A DNA stretch of 64,000 nt from Dehalococcoidia bacterium. Its GTDB lineage: Bacteria > Chloroflexota > Dehalococcoidia > SHYB01. The notes under the pieces were generated by a model. The model made no database searches. It was not told where the DNA came from and worked only from the letters and a program-made list of their open reading frames with translations. A program made the position numbers and the translations under genes. Position 1 is the first letter of the stretch; each line of letters begins with the position of its first letter. This document shows, one piece after another, positions 9,914-19,497 of this stretch. The stretch is from assembly GCA_963666265.2 (NCBI GenBank), contig CAXXHW010000006.1, positions 822,325 through 886,324 of the forward strand, given 5' to 3'.

Positions 9914-10426
9914 ATGGTCGATACATGGGTCGCGGTCGTCGCCGCATCAGCCGTCGGAGGAGCCGGGATCGCCGGCGCTATCCTCATGGCGATTCTTCTG
10001 AACGGCTGGGCAAGAGACCGTGAGGAGGCCCTCTGGTACCGGCAGCGAGAGGCGGAGCGCGAGGAGCGGATACAGACCGAGCGGATGAGGGAGATCTCCC
10101 GTATGGAGGAGTTCCTGGACGCCGCCTCGAGGCATCTCGAGCTTGTTCACCTCGCAGAGTTTCTGCCCAATGGGAGCCAGCAGATCGACCACGTAGACGT
10201 GTACAGGCAACTGCTTCAAAGCCGTACCCGGGCCCAGACCTCGGCGCTCGCCCTGAGCATATCGCAGCAAACGCTCGACAAGTTCACCGAGCTGTTTGAC
10301 AACGCGAGAGCGCTTGCCCAAACCGCTCAAAACGGCAATACATCCGAGCCCTGGATAGTCCAGGCCGCCCTGGCGATTATCGGCGACATCCGACGCGACC
10401 TAATGGTTTTGAAAGGCACAGGCTAG
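9914..10426 (+). CDS. Hypothetical protein with N-terminal transmembrane helix and coiled segment
   Basis: AGGAG RBS before ATG 9914; hydrophobic N-terminus followed by a charged helical region. Confidence 0.65.
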   Translation: MVDTWVAVVAASAVGGAGIAGAILMAILLNGWARDREEALWYRQREAEREERIQTERMREISRMEEFLDAASRHLELVHLAEFLPNGSQQIDHVDVYRQLLQSRTRAQTSALALSISQQTLDKFTELFDNARALAQTAQNGNTSEPWIVQAALAIIGDIRRDLMVLKGTG

Positions 10427-10560
10427 CGTTTTGCGGCGGCCTGGCCAATCCGGAGTCCGGCCGCCAGCCCGTTTTCTCTCCAATCCCCTCTTGCCATCGC
10501 GTCCGGCGCGGCCCCCTCTCTGACTTCAGCGTTGTGGGCAATCCAATACTTACCTCTGTC

Positions 10561-11115
10561 TCATTCGTTGTCTCCCCACAGGGCTTTCCGTACACCCGGT
10601 GCCGCATGGCGGGCGCGAGCATGGATTTCCTCCATGGTTAGCGTGCTCAGCGGGTGCTCGATGACCACCGGTTCGAGGCGTTCCATTCCCAACGCGACAA
10701 CCTGTGACCGTGCCTCGTCTAAAAATGCCTCGGTGACAATGGCCGCCGTGGGCAGCCCCATTTCCTCCAGTACCGTTGCATCGTGCATACAGCACGAGGT
10801 GCACGAGCCTCAGTCTCCCACGGCTGTCAGGACGGCGTCATTTTCCTGTGCGATCTGCCGGATCAAGTCTGGGGCCGCGTTTTTCGAAAACGTCTCCTTC
10901 TTGTAATAGCGGACCTCGCCGATAGCGCCGCCACTTTCGAGCTCCGCAACCGTCGCTTGGAGGAGCTTGCGAGCATTCCACTTGGTGTTGTCCAGGACTC
11001 CGAGCCGGATGGCGCTCCCAGCCTCGAGCCGGGGGGCTATCGAGCGTGGCTCAGCCTCCACCACCCCTCTGGGGTCGTAGACGGTCCGCTCCCTTCGCGT
11101 TGCCCTGGTGCTCAT
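10561..11115 (-). CDS. UGSC-motif selenoprotein (in-frame UGA = Sec102)
   Basis: ORFs 10810-11166 and 10561-10788 share a frame and join through TGA at 10812-10810: VLTAVGD-U-GSCTSCCMHD; SECIS-like hairpin follows; selD present in the window. Confidence 0.88.
10777..10803 (-). promoter_or_regulatory. Bacterial SECIS-like hairpin of the UGSC gene
   Basis: TGCA-CC-TCGTGC-[TGTAT]-GCACGA-TGCA; apical loop starts 18 nt after the UGA with G at loop position 2. Confidence 0.7.
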
Positions 11116-11153
11116 CTCTTCCTCCGTATTGTTCGAGCTTCTTGGCCGTCCGC

Positions 11154-12251
11154 TCAAAGAGCGCACGTTCCATCCACGCAGACCGGTCCTGATGCCGGCG
11201 GCCTCCCGTCAATGGCCCGAATGACAGGACTTGTCATGTGCCCCCAGCCGGGGATGAACGCTGAAAAGCGGCCCGCCTCCCCGCCAGCTACGAATAAGTG
11301 GATCTCGTTAGGACTGGGAACGATGGGGGTTCGGGACTCGGGTGCTCGTCCATACCATCGGGGCAGGTTGCGGTTGTAGACGGTGCCATAGCGATGGTTA
11401 AAGCTGACATCCGCGAAGGTATTCTTGGTGTTCATCCACAGATAGCTGCGTACATCGCTACGGGTCCAGCCCTTGGATGCGATGGTGGCGCCGTGCTCGG
11501 GCCCGATCACCACGACGCATGCCCCGCTGCTCACGGCGTTGTTGTGGGCAATGGTGCTCATGGCCGAGACGACGCTGTCCAGGACTCCTTCGGGGTCGTT
11601 GGCGATGTGGTTGGTCACGCTGTGAGGCGCTTCGGCCGCAATGGCGAAGACGGTGCTGTCCTCGGCCTCATACCCCTGTTCCACGTGGTAGGGGGCCCAG
11701 GGGCTGGCCTCCTCGTTCTCAGCGATGCAGTAGGTGTACTTGCTGGGATGGCCCAGGGTGCTCTTGTCGAGCTCGCCAGGACGGCCACCACCGACGTTCA
11801 GCAAAATCAGGCGCACCGCCCGGCCGATGGTCGCATTCGCCCTATTTCCGGAACCGAAAACGTTGGCGCCGGCGTTCATGCCAATCTCGTTCCGCACCGG
11901 GCCGTTGACCACAATCAGCGGACTTGCCATGTGGGTGGTGGCCTGGACGCCGTTCAGGTTAAAGGCCGGGCCGGAGAGGGCCAGCATCGCCGCTCGCACC
12001 ACCGGGGCGTACTCCGGCTTGCACCCGGCCATCACGATATTAACCGCGAGGACTTCCCGCGTGAGGTTTCCCCAGCGCGGCGGTACACGGCACTCGACCA
12101 GGTCGGGCTCGCCCCCCAGCGCCGCCAATACCGCCGAGGGCTTCTCGGGCGTGGGCGGAACGACGGGGAGCCCGTCGGAAAAGCCCTGCTCGTAGTACCA
12201 CTCGACCAGGTCTACGTCCTCAGCGACAGGCTGGGTGATTTTGGCTACCAT
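11154..12251 (-). CDS. Conserved uncharacterised partner of the UGSC protein (DGLPVVPPT / MAGCxPEY family)
   Basis: GGAGGAGG RBS before ATG 12251; SDGLPVVPPT, VMAGCKPEY, RANATIGRA, ENEEASPW motifs; C-terminal CVDGTC. Confidence 0.85.
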   Translation of the reverse strand: MVAKITQPVAEDVDLVEWYYEQGFSDGLPVVPPTPEKPSAVLAALGGEPDLVECRVPPRWGNLTREVLAVNIVMAGCKPEYAPVVRAAMLALSGPAFNLNGVQATTHMASPLIVVNGPVRNEIGMNAGANVFGSGNRANATIGRAVRLILLNVGGGRPGELDKSTLGHPSKYTYCIAENEEASPWAPYHVEQGYEAEDSTVFAIAAEAPHSVTNHIANDPEGVLDSVVSAMSTIAHNNAVSSGACVVVIGPEHGATIASKGWTRSDVRSYLWMNTKNTFADVSFNHRYGTVYNRNLPRWYGRAPESRTPIVPSPNEIHLFVAGGEAGRFSAFIPGWGHMTSPVIRAIDGRPPASGPVCVDGTCAL

Positions 12252-12300
12252 ATCCCTCCTCCGACCGCGTCCTCTCGTGGCGCGAACCCTTATTAAGTCC

Positions 12301-13095
12301 TTAGCCCCTCGGCCGATTGAGAAAGCCCTGTAAAAGGGAGACGGGCTCGCTCGTCCGATAAGCCTCCGCAAAGGACTCTATCCCTTTGTCGATGGCCTGC
12401 TCCAAAGGGAGGCGCTCCCACTCACGAATAAGCTCCTTCTGAAGCCGTATAGCCCTGGGCCCCGCTCTCAGGACCGCTGTCACCCATTCTTCTACGCTGG
12501 CGTCCAACTCTTGCCGGTCGACGACACGCTCGACCAGACCGGACCTCAGGGCCTCCCCCGCATCGATGACCCTGCCGGTGTACACCATCTCCCTGGCCTT
12601 GCCCCATCCGACCAGCCGAGGCAACAGCGCGGCCTCGACGACGGAGGGGAGCCCGACGGCTACCTCGGGCATGCCGAAGCGGGAATCCTCCGTCGCGACC
12701 CTCATGTCGCAGGCGGCGGCAACCTCCAGCCCTGCTCCCAAGCAATGCCCGCGGATTCGGGCGATGACCGGCACCGGAAGGGAACGCAGAGCCCCGCAGA
12801 CTCTATGAACGCCGGTGATGAACCTGACGGCTTCCTCGGGTGAGGCGATGCCGGCCAGCTCATTGATGTCGGCCCCCCCACAGAAGGCCCGGTCACCAGC
12901 GCCGGTCAGCACTACGACTCTTAGCCGTTCGTCGCTCCTCATGCCTTCGATGGTCCGCCAGAGCTGTTCGCTGAGGGGTGACCCCAGCACGTTGAGCTTG
13001 GCCTCGTGGTCTATGGTAATCCGAGCGACACGGCCAGCTTCGCCGCGGTCGTCAAGGTCAAGGTGGACCGTTGGACTGGTCGACACGGTATTCAC
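12301..13095 (-). CDS. Enoyl-CoA hydratase/isomerase (crotonase) family protein
   Basis: AFCGGADI, CLGAGLE, FGMPEVAVG. Confidence 0.92.
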   Translation of the reverse strand: MNTVSTSPTVHLDLDDRGEAGRVARITIDHEAKLNVLGSPLSEQLWRTIEGMRSDERLRVVVLTGAGDRAFCGGADINELAGIASPEEAVRFITGVHRVCGALRSLPVPVIARIRGHCLGAGLEVAAACDMRVATEDSRFGMPEVAVGLPSVVEAALLPRLVGWGKAREMVYTGRVIDAGEALRSGLVERVVDRQELDASVEEWVTAVLRAGPRAIRLQKELIREWERLPLEQAIDKGIESFAEAYRTSEPVSLLQGFLNRPRG

Positions 13096-13150
13096 TCCTG
13101 CATCTTAACGAAGGCACGTCTTGCAACGGCAGGTGCGAGTATAAACAGGG

Positions 13151-13293
13151 GCCAACAGGTGGTCAAACCGGTGTGCTCGTTGAGTACATATAAGACAGCG
13201 CGGGGGCGGAAGCAGGTCATGCGCTTGTCGCCGCAGTAGCTTCCTGCCTCCGCAGGCTTTCCAGACATCCAGATAACCGAAAGACCCTGGGGC
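13151..13293 (+). ncRNA. Candidate rod-shaped structured ncRNA (6S-like)
   Basis: Nested pairings GCC/GGC, CAG/CTG, GGTC/GACC, CGGT/ACCG, a central bubble, then 13200-13213 paired with 13239-13253; TATAAA at 13140-13145 upstream; strand not proven. Confidence 0.4.
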
Positions 13294-13387
13294 ACGGACA
13301 GCGAGGGCTTGACCCTGTGTCCGACCCGGCGATAGGGTGACTACCGGGCTGCCGGCCGATATGGCAGTGCAAGAAAGGGCGAGAGCG

Positions 13388-14005
13388 ATGAACCTGGCGC
13401 CCAAGGTGCTTTTTTTATGTCAGAACAGCGCGATGGCTGGGGCCGCGGTACGGTCCTTGCTGAAGAACGGCGCCTCCGCGACGCATGTAAAGACAATCAA
13501 ACAGGCCGTGAAGCAGTTGGAAGAGAGGCCGATAAGCCTATTACTGGTGGACATGCCTGAGGGCCGTGTGAGCAACGGCGGGGAGTGGACGCGATTGGCC
13601 CAGGAAGTTACCGTGCCGACAGTGGTACTCGCTCCGATAGCTTCCCGGCGTCCAGCGTGGCCGCGTGGCCCAGCCGCGTTCGTAGAGCTGAGCAAGCCCG
13701 TATCTTGGGAGCGGGTGCTTCGCGTCGTGGCAGACCTTCTGGAGGGGCGAGGCAGCAACGGCCGACCTGGCGTAAGACCCCTCAACACAGAGGTGGGAAG
13801 GAAGGGACTCAGCAGAAGAAAGACGCAGGTGCTCGGACTTGTGGTGGAAGGGCGACCCAACAAGAGCATCGCCGCCGAGATGGGGATCAGCGAGCCAACG
13901 GTGAAAAAGCATGTCCAGCGGATCATTGGCAAACTGAACGCTAGGGACCGCGTTCAGGCGGCGGTCATCGCCGTGCGTGAAGGGCTGGTAGGGGAGGCCG
14001 CCTAG
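13388..14005 (+). CDS. NarL/LuxR-family response regulator with atypical receiver domain
   Basis: C-terminal HTH NKSIAAEMGISEPTVKKHV..KL..RDRVQA; receiver LLVD...SKP; start uncertain (13361/13388). Confidence 0.85.
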   Translation: MNLAPKVLFLCQNSAMAGAAVRSLLKNGASATHVKTIKQAVKQLEERPISLLLVDMPEGRVSNGGEWTRLAQEVTVPTVVLAPIASRRPAWPRGPAAFVELSKPVSWERVLRVVADLLEGRGSNGRPGVRPLNTEVGRKGLSRRKTQVLGLVVEGRPNKSIAAEMGISEPTVKKHVQRIIGKLNARDRVQAAVIAVREGLVGEAA

Positions 14006-14379
14006 TCGCGGCTTTGGAACCGGCTCGGGTCCACCACGGCCCGCTCGTGAATCCCGTCGCCGATCTTCTTGTCCCCCGCGAAGGCCTGCACCTCAAAGAT
14101 GTAACGCCGTCCCTCAGTCCGGAGGAAGGTCGCCTTGACCCTCACCATGGTACCGACCGGCGCGGGGGCCAGGTGGCGCACGTCGACTCGAGCCCCCACA
14201 GAGCGCTCGGACGCGTCCTGATATTCCTGAAGCAGTAGCAAGCATGTGCGTTCCATAAAGCCGATCATAGTGGGGGTGGAAAGCATCTCCACGGGACCGA
14301 TGTGGGTCACACCCATGCCCGGCTCTGTCTTGAACTCTTCCTCGCGGGAGACTCCGGTCGGCGGCGGCTGAACGGGCAT
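14002..14379 (-). CDS. Hotdog-fold thioesterase (fluoroacetyl-CoA thioesterase FlK-like)
   Basis: LSTPTMIGFME, SVG..VDVRHLAPAPVG, GIHERAVVD. Confidence 0.88.
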   Translation of the reverse strand: MPVQPPPTGVSREEEFKTEPGMGVTHIGPVEMLSTPTMIGFMERTCLLLLQEYQDASERSVGARVDVRHLAPAPVGTMVRVKATFLRTEGRRYIFEVQAFAGDKKIGDGIHERAVVDPSRFQSRD

Positions 14380-14463
14380 CGAAAGCTCTCCTTCACGTGT
14401 GGGGGTTAAGCGCCGTGAGCGCGATGGTGAATCCTCGCGGAGGCGCCGGTGACGCCTCGCAGA

Positions 14464-15504
14464 TCATGTTTCCCACAGGGTCCCCTGCGGCGTCTCCCCA
14501 CTGGGTCGCTCCTTAAAAGGGATCCCTAAGTACTCGTAAGCGTGGCGAGTGGCGGTGCGGCCCCGCGGTGTTCGTCCCAGGAAACCCAGCTGAAGGAGAT
14601 AGGGCTCGTACACATCCATTATGGTGTCCGCTTCCTCGCCGATGGCCATAGCGATGGTGTCCAGCCCCACGGGCCCACCGTCAAACTTTTCGATAATGGC
14701 CCTCAGAACTTTGTGGTCCATCTCGTCCAGCCCCAGGGGGTCCACATCCATCTTTCCGAGCGCTTCCTGGGCGACCACCTGGTTTATCCTGCCGTCGGCC
14801 ATGACTTCGGCATAGTCCCGGACCCGTTTCAGGAGGCGGTTGGCGACCCGCGGCGTCCCCCGGGCCCGCTGGCTGATCTCCCTCACCCCGGCCTCGTCCG
14901 CCTCCACCGCCAGGATGCCAGCCGCCCGGGCGATGATCTGCCGGACCGCCTCCTGGGTATAGAAATCCAGCCGGTACACGGAGCCGAACCGGTCGCGCAA
15001 AGGCGCGCTGACCATCGCGTATCGGGTTGTCGCGCCGATGAGGGTGAAGCGCGGTATTTTCAACCGAATACTCCTGGCCGTCGGCCCCTTGCCCACCACT
15101 ATGTCCAGGGCGAATTCCTCCAGAGCGGGGTAGAGTATTTCCTCCACCGTGCGGCTGAGACGGTGCACCTCGTCGACGAACAGGACCTCTCCCGGCTTGA
15201 GGTTGGTCAGAATAGCGGCCATATCGCCGGGCCGCTCGACAGCCGGGCCGGAGGTGATCCGAACGTTGACCCCCATTTCAGCGCCGATGATGTTGGCCAG
15301 GGTAGTCTTGCCGAGGCCTGGAGGGCCGTAGAGGAGGATGTGGTCAAGGGCCTCGCCGCGTTTCTGGGCGGCCATGATGGAGATTTTGAGATTCTCCTTG
15401 ACCTTTTCCTGCCCGATATACTCCTCCAGCCTCTTGGGCCGGAGGCTGGTTTCGATAGCGGCCTCCTCGGGCCGGGGTTTGGCCGAGATGATCCGTTCGG
15501 GCAT
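14464..15504 (-). CDS. ruvB: Holliday junction branch migration helicase RuvB
   Basis: [46 protein letters not shown]. Confidence 0.97.
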   Translation of the reverse strand: MPERIISAKPRPEEAAIETSLRPKRLEEYIGQEKVKENLKISIMAAQKRGEALDHILLYGPPGLGKTTLANIIGAEMGVNVRITSGPAVERPGDMAAILTNLKPGEVLFVDEVHRLSRTVEEILYPALEEFALDIVVGKGPTARSIRLKIPRFTLIGATTRYAMVSAPLRDRFGSVYRLDFYTQEAVRQIIARAAGILAVEADEAGVREISQRARGTPRVANRLLKRVRDYAEVMADGRINQVVAQEALGKMDVDPLGLDEMDHKVLRAIIEKFDGGPVGLDTIAMAIGEEADTIMDVYEPYLLQLGFLGRTPRGRTATRHAYEYLGIPFKERPSGETPQGTLWET

Positions 15505-15660
15505 GGGCGAGGCACCTCGCCTCATGGTATGGCCCTCCTTCGGCGGGTGTCAAGGAAACCCTGGCGGAGTCCTTAGCATGTCTTCCGTATCGCTTTTGGG
15601 ACTGGCGCCCGATAGACTCAGCCGTTACCATTGCACGAAAACTGACCCCCGGAGGCCGGC

Positions 15661-16461
15661 ATGAGCCCCAAACACGTTCTCCTGGACCAGCAAGACCACG
15701 TCCTGACCATCACCTTGAACCGGCCCGAAAGGCTGAACGCCCTGATCAACGACATGCTGATCGAGCTTCGGGCCGCCGTCATAGAAGGGGACTCCGACCC
15801 GGAGACGCGCGCGATCGTCATCACCGGCTCCGGAAGGGGCTTTAGCGCCGGAGCTGACCTGAACGCCTTCAAGGAAGCCATGGAAGAATCCAAGCGCCTG
15901 GGCCGGGTGACGGAGAGTATTAACCCGGCGCTGCTGGACAACTTCGCCGTCAGGCTCGCGGAGACCTCCACACCCATCATCGCCGCCGTGAACGGCCCGG
16001 CCATTGGGTTCGGGCTCACCCTCTCCATCGCCTGCGATATCCGCATCGCATCCGAGGCGGCGACATTTGGGGCCGTTTTCGTCAAGCTGGGACTCACGCC
16101 GGAGTTCGGCTCGACCTACAACCTGGTCAGGCTGGTGGGCATGGGAAAAGCCACCGAGATGGTCTTTACCGCCAGGATTATCGGGGCGGCGGAGGCCAAG
16201 GAGATGGGGCTGGTCAATCAGGTGGTCCCACCGGAGGAGCTGATGCCGACGGCCATGGAGATGGCCCGGACCATCGCCGGCTTCCCGCCCATCGCCATGG
16301 GCCACGCCAAGAGGAACCTCCGCAGTGGCATGGACTCGGACCTGGCGACGCAGACCCACCTGGAAGTGATGGCGCAAAAGCTCTGCCGGACCACGCAGGA
16401 TTACGAAGAAGGGGTCAATGCGTTCCTGGAGAAGCGGCAGCCGGTATTTACGGGCCGCTAG
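15661..16461 (+). CDS. Enoyl-CoA hydratase/isomerase family protein (PaaG-like)
   Basis: LNRPERLNAL, GFSAGADL, AVNGPAIGFG, FVKLGLTPE. Confidence 0.92.
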   Translation: MSPKHVLLDQQDHVLTITLNRPERLNALINDMLIELRAAVIEGDSDPETRAIVITGSGRGFSAGADLNAFKEAMEESKRLGRVTESINPALLDNFAVRLAETSTPIIAAVNGPAIGFGLTLSIACDIRIASEAATFGAVFVKLGLTPEFGSTYNLVRLVGMGKATEMVFTARIIGAAEAKEMGLVNQVVPPEELMPTAMEMARTIAGFPPIAMGHAKRNLRSGMDSDLATQTHLEVMAQKLCRTTQDYEEGVNAFLEKRQPVFTGR

Positions 16462-16471
16462 GCAGGAAACG

Positions 16472-19066
16472 CTACGGGCTGCCCTGAGCGGTCCCGCCCT
16501 TGGCCGACCTGGACTTGCGCTTGAACGACAGGTCGGTTTGCTTGCGGCCCGCACCCTTCGTCACGAAGATGGTGTCGCCGTCCCTGAACCTGCCTTGGAG
16601 AACATTGAGGGCCAGCGGCTCCAGCACCTTCTGCTGGATAAGCCGCTTCAGGGGACGCGCCCCTTGCAGCAGGTCAAAGCCCTCCTCGGCCAGATAGACC
16701 TTCACCGGCTCCGCCACCTCAAGCTGTATACCACCTTCGGCCATGCGCCGGTTGACCATGCCGATCTGGATGTCGACGACCTCCTTGATCTGCCGCTCCC
16801 GCAGGAGGTCGAAATAGACGATGGCGTCGACCCGGTTCAGGAACTCGGGCTTGAAGTGAGCGCGCAGCTCTTCCGCTAGCTGGTCTTGCAGCGCAATGGT
16901 CCCTTTACCCGGATTCTCCCTGTACAGGTGGCCGCCGACGTTGCTGGTCATGGTAATAATCGTGTTCTTGAAGTCGACCGTCCGGCCGTGGCCGTCGGTC
17001 AGGCGGCCATCGTCCATGATCTGTAGCAGGATATTGAAGACGTCAGGGTGGGCCTTCTCGACCTCGTCGAAGAGTATCAAAGAGTAAGGCCTGCGGCGCA
17101 CCGTCTCGGTGAGCTGGCCGCTCTCGTCGTAGCCGATGTAGCCGGGCGGCGCGCCGGTCAGGCGGGAGACGGTGTGCTTGTCCATGTACTCGGACATATC
17201 GATGCGCACCATGGCCGCCTCGTCGTCGAACAGGAACTCGGCCAGGGCCCGGGAGAGCTCCGTCTTGCCCACCCCCGTGGGCCCAAGAAACAGGAAGCTG
17301 CCGACAGGCCGGTTCGGGTCCTTCATCCCAACCCGTGCGAGACGCACCGCGTTAGACACGGTGCGGATGGAGGAGTCCTGGCCGACCACCCGTTGGCGCA
17401 GGGTGTCCTCCATGTGGAGGAGCCTGCCGCGTTCGTCCTCCATCAGCTTGCTCAGGGGGATGCCGGTGCCGGTGGCGACGACCTCCGCCACGTCCTCCTC
17501 ATCGATCTCCACCTTGCACAGGCGGCGTACCCGCTGGAGCTCAGCCAGCTTCCCTTCGCTGGCGGCCAAGCTGCGGCGCAGGCGTGTCAAGACGCTCGAC
17601 GGCCCCTTCGCCGATCCGTTCTGCCCGATGAACACGTGCCAGGCGACGCGCTCTCGGTCGGCCCGTATTCGGCGCGCCAGGGCTCCCTGGACCTCCCAGC
17701 CGGCGCTGGCCTCCTCGACTCCGGCCCGAATCTCGTCGATCCTATCCCCCATACGCCTGTGCTGCTCTTCTCGAGAGCCCTGGCCGGTGGGCATCCCTCG
17801 CATCTCAGATTCCATCTGCGTGATCCGCCGCCCCGCCGAGTCCAAGGATACGGGCATGCTGTCCCACTCGATCCGGACCTTTGCCGCGGCCTCGTCGATA
17901 AGGTCGATCGCCTTATCCGGCAGCGACCGGTCGGGCATGAAGCGGTGGCTTAGGTTAGCGGCGGCCACCAGGGCGTCGTCCGAGATGCTGAGATCATGGT
18001 AGGCCTCGTAACGGCTCTTGATGCCGCGGAGGATGCTGACGGTCTGGTCGACCGTCGGCTCGTTGATCAGGATAGGCTGGAAGCGCCGTTCGAGGGCGCT
18101 GTCCTTTTCGATGTGGTTGCGGTATTCGTCCAGGCTGGTGACGCCGATGCACCGAAGCTCGCCGGTGGCCAGGGCGGGCTTCAGCATACTGCCAAGGTCC
18201 ATGGGGCCGCTGCCCCGAACGATGGCGGGGAGCTCGTCGATGAAGACGATGACATCACCCCGGGCGCCCCGAATGTCGCTCATGACGCCCTTGGTGCGCT
18301 CCTCCAGGATGCCCCGGTACTCGGCCCCGGCCGCCAGCGTATTGACGTCCAGGGTGAAAAGCTCCTTGCCCCGGAGGTTCTCCGGCACGTCGCCCTGGGC
18401 GATGCGCTGCGCCAGCGCCTCGACGATGGCGGTCTTGCCGATTCCCGGCTGCCCGATGAGGACCGGGTTGTTCTTGACCCGGCGGCAGAGCACCTGCATC
18501 AGGCGCCGCACCTCTTCATGCCGACCGATAACCGGGTCCAGCAACCCCTGGCGGGCCATGTCGGTGAGGCACCGGCTGAAGTTACGCAGATTGCGGAACC
18601 TTGGCGCCCCGTCCCCCGAGGCGTTGCCGGAGGTGTGGTCCAGCAGGGCCCGCTCCAGGACGGCGATTTTGACTCCCGCGCCCTCGAGCTTGCGGCGCAC
18701 GGGGGAGGCCGACTCTTCGTCCAGCAGACCGTGGGCGATATCCGTCAGGTGGATCTGGTGTCGGAGGCCGTCCTTGACCCGCTCCCACACATCGGCAAGC
18801 ATGCTTTCCAATGCGGGGGAGGGCTCCAGCCCCTGGCTGTGGCGTGACGGCGCACGACGCCCCACCGGCTTACTGCCGTTCATGGCGGCCCGGACGCCTT
18901 CGACCTCGATGGCCTGCTGGGACAGGGACCGGGCGGCGCCGCTGTCATCCAGCACGGCCAGGAACAGGTGCTCAGGCTCGACGGCGTCGGCCCTGGCCGC
19001 ACAGGCGGCCTGGTGGGCCTGGGCCATCAAGGCCCGCGCTTCCTCCGTGAATCGCGCTAGGTTCAT
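16472..19066 (-). CDS. clpB: ClpB-like AAA+ disaggregase (divergent)
   Basis: [69 protein letters not shown]. Confidence 0.88.
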   Translation of the reverse strand: MNLARFTEEARALMAQAHQAACAARADAVEPEHLFLAVLDDSGAARSLSQQAIEVEGVRAAMNGSKPVGRRAPSRHSQGLEPSPALESMLADVWERVKDGLRHQIHLTDIAHGLLDEESASPVRRKLEGAGVKIAVLERALLDHTSGNASGDGAPRFRNLRNFSRCLTDMARQGLLDPVIGRHEEVRRLMQVLCRRVKNNPVLIGQPGIGKTAIVEALAQRIAQGDVPENLRGKELFTLDVNTLAAGAEYRGILEERTKGVMSDIRGARGDVIVFIDELPAIVRGSGPMDLGSMLKPALATGELRCIGVTSLDEYRNHIEKDSALERRFQPILINEPTVDQTVSILRGIKSRYEAYHDLSISDDALVAAANLSHRFMPDRSLPDKAIDLIDEAAAKVRIEWDSMPVSLDSAGRRITQMESEMRGMPTGQGSREEQHRRMGDRIDEIRAGVEEASAGWEVQGALARRIRADRERVAWHVFIGQNGSAKGPSSVLTRLRRSLAASEGKLAELQRVRRLCKVEIDEEDVAEVVATGTGIPLSKLMEDERGRLLHMEDTLRQRVVGQDSSIRTVSNAVRLARVGMKDPNRPVGSFLFLGPTGVGKTELSRALAEFLFDDEAAMVRIDMSEYMDKHTVSRLTGAPPGYIGYDESGQLTETVRRRPYSLILFDEVEKAHPDVFNILLQIMDDGRLTDGHGRTVDFKNTIITMTSNVGGHLYRENPGKGTIALQDQLAEELRAHFKPEFLNRVDAIVYFDLLRERQIKEVVDIQIGMVNRRMAEGGIQLEVAEPVKVYLAEEGFDLLQGARPLKRLIQQKVLEPLALNVLQGRFRDGDTIFVTKGAGRKQTDLSFKRKSRSAKGGTAQGSP

Positions 19067-19182
19067 CTCGAATCACACCGCCAAAAAAACTCACGTGCCT
19101 CACAACCCTGTATTGTACCAGAAGCGGGTCTGGACAGCGGCTGACGGAAAGCGACAACGGTGCTATACTCCTCACGTCACGA

Positions 19183-19257
19183 GCGGGCGTAACTCAGTGG
19201 TAGAGTGTTTGCTTCCCAAGCAAAAGGTCGTGGGTTCGAATCCCATCGCCCGCTCCA
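19183..19257 (+). tRNA. tRNA-Gly(CCC)
   Basis: Acceptor stem GCGGGCG/CGCCCGC, D arm, anticodon arm TTTGC-TTCCCAA-GCAAA, TTCGAAT T loop, encoded CCA; TGnTATACT extended -10 upstream. Confidence 0.97.
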
Positions 19258-19497
19258 GTACATATTTTCATTGAGTGACGAAGCAACCGTGATCTTTGCC
19301 TGCGAATGTTACGAGCACCTCCCTGCTGACCTGTGTCAGCCTGAATCAAATCAGGACGCTACCCCCAAACGAATCGCTTGATTTGACATGCAAAAATTCT
19401 GGCGCGCCACGGATAATCCCATCAACAACCCTGAGCCTATAGTGCGGTCTTTTGGGAGAACCCATTTTGACCTAGGGGAGCTCCGGGGAGACGACAC

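Noticed and set aside
10561-11166. Two separate small genes or a nonsense pseudogene at the UGSC locus
   Set aside because: Same frame, TGA in a UxxC context, SECIS-like hairpin and a Sec-containing SelD all favour read-through
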